Source: Hyalangium minutum
GTDB taxonomy: Bacteria > Myxococcota > Myxococcia > Myxococcales > Myxococcaceae
Length of the DNA stretch: 64,000 nt
Direction of reading: 5' to 3'
Assembly (NCBI RefSeq): GCF_000737315.1
Contig: NZ_JMCB01000002.1
Coordinates: forward strand, 62,001-126,000
A program made the position numbers and the translations under genes. The notes below the pieces were generated by a model. It was not told the DNA's origin. It did no database searches and saw only the letters and a list, made by a program, of their open reading frames with translations. Within the stretch, counting starts at the first letter, position 1. Each line of letters starts with the position of its first letter. Below are positions 36,931-43,465 of this stretch, one piece after another.

Positions 36931-38268
36931 TCAGCGGCGCTTCTGCGCGGCCCGCGGAGGACGCCGTCCCTTCGACACGCCCGGGTCGCTGGGAGCATCC
37001 GGGGCACTCGGAGTGCCCTGCAGCGGGAAGGTGAGGGTGAACACCGCGCCCCGCTCCGGGCGGTTGGCCGCGGTGATGGAGCCCCCCGCGCGCGCCATGA
37101 CGCCATAGGCCATGGACAGCCCCAGTCCCGTGCCCTGGCTGCCTTTGGTGGTGAAGAAGGGCCGGAAGATGCTGTGCAGGTTCTCCGGAGGAATGCCCGT
37201 GCCCTCGTCCTCCACGGTGACGACGACCTTGCCGCCCACCTCGGTGCCACGCACGCGGATGACGCCACTGTCCGGCATCGCGTCCCGGGCGTTGAGCAGC
37301 AGGTTGATGAAGACGTAGCGCAGGTCCGCCGCCACGCCGCTCACCGGCGGCAGCAGCGGGACATCCACCTCGATGCGCAGCGACAGGCCATGCCGCTTCG
37401 CCTGGTGCTCGAGGTCGCTGCGGGCGATCTCCACCGCCTCGCGGATGACGTCGGCCAGCTGCACCTGCTCGCCCGCGTGCTCGGGCCGCTGGCGCGCGAA
37501 GTCCTGGAGGTGGCGCAGGCGCGTGTGGGCGTCGCTGACGATGCGCACCATCGCGTCCATGTGGCCGCGGTGCCGCGTGGCGAACTCCGCGTCCCTCTCG
37601 ATGAGCTCCAGCCGGAGCTTCATGGCGTTCAGGGTGTTGTTGAGATCATGCGCCACGCCCGAGGCCAGCTCGCCCAGGGCGCGCAGGTGCTCCTGCTGGG
37701 ACAGGGTGGCACGCGCCTTCTCCAGCTCCTGCTCGGCCTGGACCTGGGCGGTGATGTCGTGGGCGAGCAGCAGCACGGCCTCCCTGGGACGCTCCCGGGG
37801 GTTGAGGCCCACCCGCTCTGTGCGCACCTCCAGCGTCCTCACGCCGGACTGCTCCTGGTAGCGCTCCACCACGGGGCCTCGCTCCCCCGAGGCCCTCAGC
37901 GCATGGGTGGCCTCCTCGGCCACCAGCCGCAGCGTGTTCCGGGCGGGGCCCTGCTGCTGGCCCTGGTGCAGGCGGAGCCACGGGCCGCTCCGGGTCAACG
38001 CGTGCCAGCGCGGATTGGCCAGCAGCACCACGCCATCACTCAGGAGCGCCACCGCGCTGGCGCTCGTCTCCAGCGCCCAGTTGGAGAGCCGGTAGGTGGT
38101 GATGTGCTCCTGGGAGCGCAGCTCCAGCTTGTGGACGAGCGTCTCGTGCTTGGAGAGGAGTTCCTGGTACTTGCGCAACAGCTCCGCTCGCATGCGCGTC
38201 GGAGGCTCGGCGGGGTGCTTGGCCCCGGGGGAGGTGGCAGGAGGGGGCGGACGGCGGCGCGGGCTCAT
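36931..38268 (-). CDS. Cytoplasmic PAS-HisKA-HATPase sensor kinase
   Basis: GVAHDLNN H-box, NLLLNARDAM, DEGTGI and GTGLGL. ATG 38268 is chosen because it overlaps an upstream stop (ATGA). Confidence 0.9.
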   Translation of the reverse strand: MSPRRRPPPPATSPGAKHPAEPPTRMRAELLRKYQELLSKHETLVHKLELRSQEHITTYRLSNWALETSASAVALLSDGVVLLANPRWHALTRSGPWLRLHQGQQQGPARNTLRLVAEEATHALRASGERGPVVERYQEQSGVRTLEVRTERVGLNPRERPREAVLLLAHDITAQVQAEQELEKARATLSQQEHLRALGELASGVAHDLNNTLNAMKLRLELIERDAEFATRHRGHMDAMVRIVSDAHTRLRHLQDFARQRPEHAGEQVQLADVIREAVEIARSDLEHQAKRHGLSLRIEVDVPLLPPVSGVAADLRYVFINLLLNARDAMPDSGVIRVRGTEVGGKVVVTVEDEGTGIPPENLHSIFRPFFTTKGSQGTGLGLSMAYGVMARAGGSITAANRPERGAVFTLTFPLQGTPSAPDAPSDPGVSKGRRPPRAAQKRR

Positions 38269-38405
38269 GCTCTCGAATGCTCCATGCGCGCGCGGTTCTC
38301 CTCCGGCAGCGCGGCCAGCTGGATGACGTCGTGGGCCACATAGAGCAGGCCCTGCATGTCCCTGCCATTGCCCCGAGGGGGCACCGCCTGAGCGCGCAGC
38401 GTCAC
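38265..38405 (-). other. Short ORF (30-46 aa) resembling a PAS C-terminal (PAC) strand pair, coupled to the kinase start
   Basis: VTLRAQAVPPRGNGRDMQGLLYVAHDVIQLAALPEENRARMEHSRA with high GC3. Its TGA overlaps the kinase ATG. Confidence 0.35.
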
Positions 38406-38502
38406 AGGTTCGTCCCCGGGGGCTCCAGGTGGCCATGGCCGGGCTGTTAACCCACGGCGTGGCGGGTCAGCAAGGCTGGAGACACCCTGCTAGGTAGGAT
38501 TC

Positions 38503-38520
38503 GACAAAACATGTTTTGTC
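38503..38520. promoter_or_regulatory. Perfect 18-bp AT-rich palindrome, candidate operator in a divergent promoter region
   Basis: GACAAAACATGTTTTGTC is its own reverse complement and is immediately followed by TATAAC. Confidence 0.65.
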
Positions 38521-38751
38521 TATAACCCGGAGCAGGCCGATGGGATGGGCTTCCATTCCGAACGCGGCTGGCCATCTACGGGATGCTCGATCGGATGGCT
38601 CGGACGGGGGGGGCGTATGCACAGGACGTCCTGGGTTCTCATCCTGAACACTGAGGGGCGGAGGTCCGGGGCGGTCCTTCCTTTGCTCGTCTCGGGTGCC
38701 GTTAGATGGAAGCCGTACTCAGGTCACGCCGCCGAATCACGGAGACACATC

Positions 38752-39429
38752 ATGGAGCCGAACTCCCGTATCCGGGTGGGCATTCTCGAAGACCAGCAGA
38801 TCTTCCTCGAGAGCCTGGTATCGATTCTGGAGAGCGCCGGCATAGAGGTGGTGGCTCAGTGCTCGAGCGTGGAGCAATTCCTGGCGCAGACGCGGCAGCA
38901 GCCACCGGACGTGGCGCTGGTGGACCTGCGGCTGGAGCACAAGGACGGGCAGCAGCTGGCGGATGGCTGCCGGGCGGTCGAGCTCCTGCATGACTTCTAC
39001 CCGAATGTGCGGCCGCTCGTGCTGTCGGCCAACCGGAACGCGGAGGAGGTGGAGCGCTGCTTCCGGGCTGGAGCGGCGGGCTACCTGTGCAAGCAGAACA
39101 TCGGCTGCGCGGAGCTGCTCGAGGCCGTGGGGCGGGTGGCCCGGGGCGAGCGACTGGTACCCTCGGAGCTGTTCCCTCACTCCATCGTGGAGGAAGAGAG
39201 CAACGCCTCGCGCAGCGTGCTCCACCAGCTCACGGCCCGGGAGCGCGAGGTGCTGGGCTTCATCGCCTCGGGCGCGGACAACCTGAAGATCGCCGTGTGC
39301 CTGGGCATCACCGAGCGCACGGTGAAGGCGCACATCACCAGCATCTACCGCAAGCTGGACGTAGAGAACCGCACGCAGATGGCGATGCTGGCCTGCCAGC
39401 TGGGCGTGGAGCGTCCGGCAACCGTCTGA
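38752..39429 (+). CDS. NarL/LuxR family response regulator
   Basis: LEDQ...ALVDLRL receiver and LTAREREVL...NLKIA...ITERTVKAHITSIYRKL HTH. ATG 38752 has a GGAGA RBS. Confidence 0.93.
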   Translation: MEPNSRIRVGILEDQQIFLESLVSILESAGIEVVAQCSSVEQFLAQTRQQPPDVALVDLRLEHKDGQQLADGCRAVELLHDFYPNVRPLVLSANRNAEEVERCFRAGAAGYLCKQNIGCAELLEAVGRVARGERLVPSELFPHSIVEEESNASRSVLHQLTAREREVLGFIASGADNLKIAVCLGITERTVKAHITSIYRKLDVENRTQMAMLACQLGVERPATV

Positions 39430-39609
39430 GGGTCATCTCTTCCTGGGACTTGAGGCCAATAGGTTCTTTCGCTGGGGAGCAGCACCTTGGAAGCAGCACG
39501 TTGGCGGGCCCCTCCTTCCCTGCCTTCTCCCGCCGCGTGCGCTGGGTCGTTTCCAGCGGGCCGGGGCGGGGATGCTTCCTCCTCCTGCCCCGGTCCGCTG
39601 CCAGCCTGC

Positions 39610-40632
39610 TCAAGGCTTCGTCGCGACGACGAGCTCGAAGGGGCCCGGCAGCACCTCGGGCGCTTTGAAGCCCAAGTCCTTCAGGGCCAGCAGGTAGTAC
39701 TCCACCTCGCGCAGGCGGCTCACGCAGCTGTCCACGCCCATGAGGAAGTAGGACCAGAAGAACTGCGCCGTCAGCCGCTCGGGCGTGCGGAACTCCTCGC
39801 AGATGAGGATGCGGCCACCGGAGGGCAGCGCCTCGTACGTGGCCTTCATCAGCGCGCGCGCCGTCTCCGCTGGCCAGTCGTGCAGCACACGCACGAAGGA
39901 GATCGCGTCATAGCCGCGCGGCAGCGGCTCCTTCAGGAAGTCTCCGCCCACGAAGCCCAGCCGCGCGCCCAGCTGGTGCTTCTCCCGCGTGCGCGCCACC
40001 AACGCCTCGGTGGCCGGCAAGTTGTACACGTCCACCTGGAGCTCCGGGTGCTGCTCCAGCAGGTGCGCCGCCAGCGAGCCGTCTCCGCCGCCCACCTCCA
40101 GCAGCTTCTGCCCCGGGCGCCACAGCGTGCCGCCGTGGGTGCGGAACACCTCGAGGATGGGGCCCAGCCCCGCGGCCATGCTGGCCTCGAAGCCCGCCAC
40201 CTGCTCGGTCGTCTGTGGCGGCCATTCGAAGTCCTTGGCCGGCATGCTCCGCTCCCCGCGCAGCACCTCCGGCAGGTGGCCGTGCAGCTCGCGCCAGCCG
40301 TACTTCTCCCGGTCCCGCTCCAGCGACTGCGGCCCCACCACCTTCTCCGCCGCCGCGCGCAGCCCCGGCACCGCCGTGTAGCGGGCCTCGAGCAGCGCGT
40401 CCGTCTTCTGCTCGCGCCGCACCAGCCCCAGGCTCTCCAGGCAGTCGAGGAACTTGTAGAGACGCCCCGGCACCATGCCGTACTTCTGGCTCAGCACCTC
40501 CAGCGTCACCGGGCCTGCCTCCAGCGCTTCCAGCAGGCCCAGCTTGTACGCCGTCTCCACCACGTCGATGGCGCGCGCTCCGTTGAAGAGCAGGTGCAGC
40601 AGCGCGCGGGGAGTGAGTTCCACGGTGCTCAT
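39610..40632 (-). CDS. SAM-dependent small-molecule methyltransferase (class II O/N/C-MT with dimerisation domain)
   Basis: N-terminal wHTH dimerisation domain, EVGGGDG, GGDFL and catalytic RVLHDW. ATGA overlap with the PLP enzyme. Confidence 0.9.
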   Translation of the reverse strand: MSTVELTPRALLHLLFNGARAIDVVETAYKLGLLEALEAGPVTLEVLSQKYGMVPGRLYKFLDCLESLGLVRREQKTDALLEARYTAVPGLRAAAEKVVGPQSLERDREKYGWRELHGHLPEVLRGERSMPAKDFEWPPQTTEQVAGFEASMAAGLGPILEVFRTHGGTLWRPGQKLLEVGGGDGSLAAHLLEQHPELQVDVYNLPATEALVARTREKHQLGARLGFVGGDFLKEPLPRGYDAISFVRVLHDWPAETARALMKATYEALPSGGRILICEEFRTPERLTAQFFWSYFLMGVDSCVSRLREVEYYLLALKDLGFKAPEVLPGPFELVVATKP

Positions 40633-41771
40633 GCCTTCTCCTTCCGCGCCTCGGCCACCAGCGCGTCCATGAAGCGGTCCACTTCTTCCAGCGTGTTGTA
40701 GAGGTGCGGCGCCACGCGCAGCATGCCCCGGTAGCTGCAGATGAAGCCGCTGGCCACCAGCCGCTGGGCCACCGCCGCGTCTCCGGGGAAGCGCAGTGCC
40801 ACCACGCCCGCGCGCCGCTCCTCCTGCCGCGGCGTCACCACCGTGAAGCCCGCCTCGTCTGCCCGCTCCATCACCCGCGCGGTGCACCGCAGGGAGTGTG
40901 CGCGAATCGTCGGCATCCCCACCGACGCCAGGATGTCCAACCCCACCCGGGACAGCTGCGAGGGCAGCACCGCCGGGGTGCCGCTGGCCATCCTTCGCGC
41001 CGTGGGGGCCCAGTCGCGCACCGGCCCGAAGGTGAGCGGGTTCTCTCCGGCGATCCACCCCGTGGCCGCGGGCCTCAGCGTGGGCAGCAGGGCCGGGCGC
41101 ACGTACAGGAAGGCGCTCTCGATGGAGCCACACATCCACTTGTGCGCGCCGCCAAGCAAGAAGTCCACGCCCAGCGCGCTCACGTCGATGGGGACGGCGC
41201 CCACCGACTGGTAGGCGTCCACGGCCACGAGCGCGCCCACCGCGTGCGCGCGCCGCACGACGGACGCCAGGTCCAGCATGGCGCCGGTGGAGGAGCTGGC
41301 GTGGGTGACGCTCACGAGCAGCGTGCGCTCATCGATGGCGGCGCACAGGCGCTCCTCGTCCATCCTCCCGTTCTCGGAGGGCACCACCACGGTCTCCGCG
41401 CCGTAGCGCTCGAAGCCCTTCCAGAGGAAGGGCACGGTGGGGAACTCCAGGTCCGTGGTCACCACGCGGCGGCGCTCGCCCTGGTAGTCGAAGCAAGTGC
41501 CCAGGCGCCCCAGCAGCGTGGTGAGGTTGGTGTCCGTCACCACGGAGCCGTCCGGCGCGCCGATGAAGCGCGCCACCGCGTCCATGTACCCGAGCCAGTC
41601 CGCCCACCAGCCCTCCCACGCCTCGTCACGCCAGTGCTGCAGCGTCTGCCCGTAGCGCTGGAGCACCGCCTCCATGCCCCGGGGGAACGCCCCCGTGGAG
41701 TTGCTGTTGAGGTACGTCACTTTCTCCAGCAGGGGGAACTCCGCCCGTACCGCCGAGAGCGTTGCGTCCAT
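40629..41771 (-). CDS. PLP-dependent class V enzyme, kynureninase-like
   Basis: YLNSNSTG, DAYQS, PLP lysine in AHKW, TGW and SGTP motifs; adjacent to a TDO-like gene. Confidence 0.75.
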   Translation of the reverse strand: MDATLSAVRAEFPLLEKVTYLNSNSTGAFPRGMEAVLQRYGQTLQHWRDEAWEGWWADWLGYMDAVARFIGAPDGSVVTDTNLTTLLGRLGTCFDYQGERRRVVTTDLEFPTVPFLWKGFERYGAETVVVPSENGRMDEERLCAAIDERTLLVSVTHASSSTGAMLDLASVVRRAHAVGALVAVDAYQSVGAVPIDVSALGVDFLLGGAHKWMCGSIESAFLYVRPALLPTLRPAATGWIAGENPLTFGPVRDWAPTARRMASGTPAVLPSQLSRVGLDILASVGMPTIRAHSLRCTARVMERADEAGFTVVTPRQEERRAGVVALRFPGDAAVAQRLVASGFICSYRGMLRVAPHLYNTLEEVDRFMDALVAEARKEKA

Positions 41772-41774
41772 ATG

Positions 41775-42995
41775 TCAGCGTCCTGAATCCTTGGAGGGGT
41801 GGTTCGCCGCGACGCCTTCCTGCAACTGCGCGGCGAAGCGCGAGGTGGGCGGCTCGGGCCGGGACCACGGATCATCCGACTCCGGCAGCGGCGGAGGCTC
41901 GGTGGGCCCCGGCGCCTGTCCGCGACGAGGCGGCTCGGGCTTGGACCAGGGGTCTTCGGCAGGCGCCTGTGGAGGCACGCTCGCGGCGGCCGTGGCGGAG
42001 GGATCCACCTGCGCCGCGGCCGCGGCCAGGGCCTGGGCGGTGCTCATCACCGGAGGAGCCGACTGCTGTGGCTCGGTGGGGGCCTTCGCCGCGCCCGGAG
42101 CCGGAAGGTCGGAGGCCGCCTCCAGCGCTGAGCTGATGGAGGCATGGCCCTCGGGAGCGGGGGGGCCCGCGGGGCTTGGGGAGACAGCGGGGTAGGAGCC
42201 CGAGGGCCGCTGGCTGCCGGGCGCGTAGCCACCGTCGCGCCGCCACGCGTTCGTCATCTCCGCGCGCACCTCCCACAGCTTGCGGAACAGCGGCAGCGTC
42301 ATGCGCCCCGCCAGCACCTGCGTGGGCAGGCCATCCAGCGCCTTGATGGAGCGGTCCACGCCGATGATGCGGCGGACCATCTGGTAGTGCGTGTAGAGCC
42401 ACGTCTGAAACAACTCGTCCAGGTCGACGAACTGCTCGCAGATGCGCTTCACGTCCTCCGAGTTGTACGCGCCGACCTTGTACACATCCAGCAGCCGCAG
42501 GTTGCGCCGCTGCAGCGTGCGATCCAACGCCGCCGCCAAGCCGTCCGCCGCCAGGCGCATGGCGTTGTAGCCCGGAGACTCCTGCCCGCTGCCGTTGCCC
42601 AGGCTGCGCCGGATGATTTGATACGTATCCGGCGTCATCGTCTCCAGGATGTTCATCTCCGCCACGAGACATTTCATGGCGCGCAGCATGCGCTCCAGCC
42701 GCCCGGTGGCTGGCCACAGCAGGTCTCCATCCATCTCCGCCACCACCTCGACCGCTTCCTGGGTGATGAGCTTGAGCCAGAGTTCCTGGGCCTGGTGAGT
42801 AATCTGAAACAAGAGCTCATCGTGATGGACGAGCTCCTCCGTGGAGGACTGGAGATGTAACAAAGTCCCTGTTTTCAAATAGACCTCGTAATCGAGGTCT
42901 CCCTTACCGACCCACTTCTTCAGCAAGGGATTGAACATGGGAGACGCCAGTTGATGGCGTAGCTTTTCAGCCTCACTGTAGTCAGGAGTTCGCAA
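41775..42995 (-). CDS. Tryptophan 2,3-dioxygenase family heme enzyme with a long Pro/Ala-rich C-terminal tail
   Basis: DYEVYL, HDELLFQITHQAQELWLK, MTP..Y..IR, GSGQESPGY and proximal His in THYQMVRRIIG. TTG start at 42995 is preceded by GGAGG; the ORF track uses 43010. Confidence 0.88.
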   Translation of the reverse strand: MRTPDYSEAEKLRHQLASPMFNPLLKKWVGKGDLDYEVYLKTGTLLHLQSSTEELVHHDELLFQITHQAQELWLKLITQEAVEVVAEMDGDLLWPATGRLERMLRAMKCLVAEMNILETMTPDTYQIIRRSLGNGSGQESPGYNAMRLAADGLAAALDRTLQRRNLRLLDVYKVGAYNSEDVKRICEQFVDLDELFQTWLYTHYQMVRRIIGVDRSIKALDGLPTQVLAGRMTLPLFRKLWEVRAEMTNAWRRDGGYAPGSQRPSGSYPAVSPSPAGPPAPEGHASISSALEAASDLPAPGAAKAPTEPQQSAPPVMSTAQALAAAAAQVDPSATAAASVPPQAPAEDPWSKPEPPRRGQAPGPTEPPPLPESDDPWSRPEPPTSRFAAQLQEGVAANHPSKDSGR

Positions 42996-43063
42996 GACAG
43001 GGCCCTCCAAAGGGCAGACATTTCAGAGAATTCAGACAGCCGAGTCAGTGAGACCGATTGAAC

Positions 43064-43465
43064 TCAGACAGGAGACACGGGAGTAGGGCGAGGCTTGTGA
43101 CGGAAGGACTCCAGCTTCCGCGCGAGCTCATCACCTTGAACACTCTTGGAGAGATATCCATCCGCGCCTGACGCCATGGCGAGCGAGCGCAGCTGGGTCT
43201 CATCCGAGGCTGAATACAGAATGAACTTGATGCCCGAGGGCGCTTGGGTGCGCGCCAGGGACACCACCTTGTCGCCCTTGAGGGCGGGGAAATTCACGTC
43301 AATCAGGACGACGTCCGGCACGCTGTCCCGGATGCGGGTGGAGACACCCAGGGCGGAGATGTGCGTCTCCACCTCGAACCCGTGAGCGCGCAGCGAGCGC
43401 GCCACCAAGTCCAAGAGGTCCGGGTCGTCATCCACCACGAGCACGCGGAGCTTGCCGTCAGCCAT
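43064..43465 (-). CDS. Single-domain response regulator (paralogue of 36186-36614)
   Basis: [17 protein letters not shown] and LSK. Overlaps the kinase stop by 8 nt. Confidence 0.92.
   Translation of the reverse strand: MADGKLRVLVVDDDPDLLDLVARSLRAHGFEVETHISALGVSTRIRDSVPDVVLIDVNFPALKGDKVVSLARTQAPSGIKFILYSASDETQLRSLAMASGADGYLSKSVQGDELARKLESFRHKPRPTPVSPV

Noticed and set aside
39610-43010. Cassette as part of an actinomycin- or quinomycin-type NRPS cluster
   Set aside because: No NRPS, aryl-carrier protein, adenylation enzyme or MbtH gene lies in the 64-kb window, and the neighbours are signalling genes. A distant NRPS cannot be excluded.
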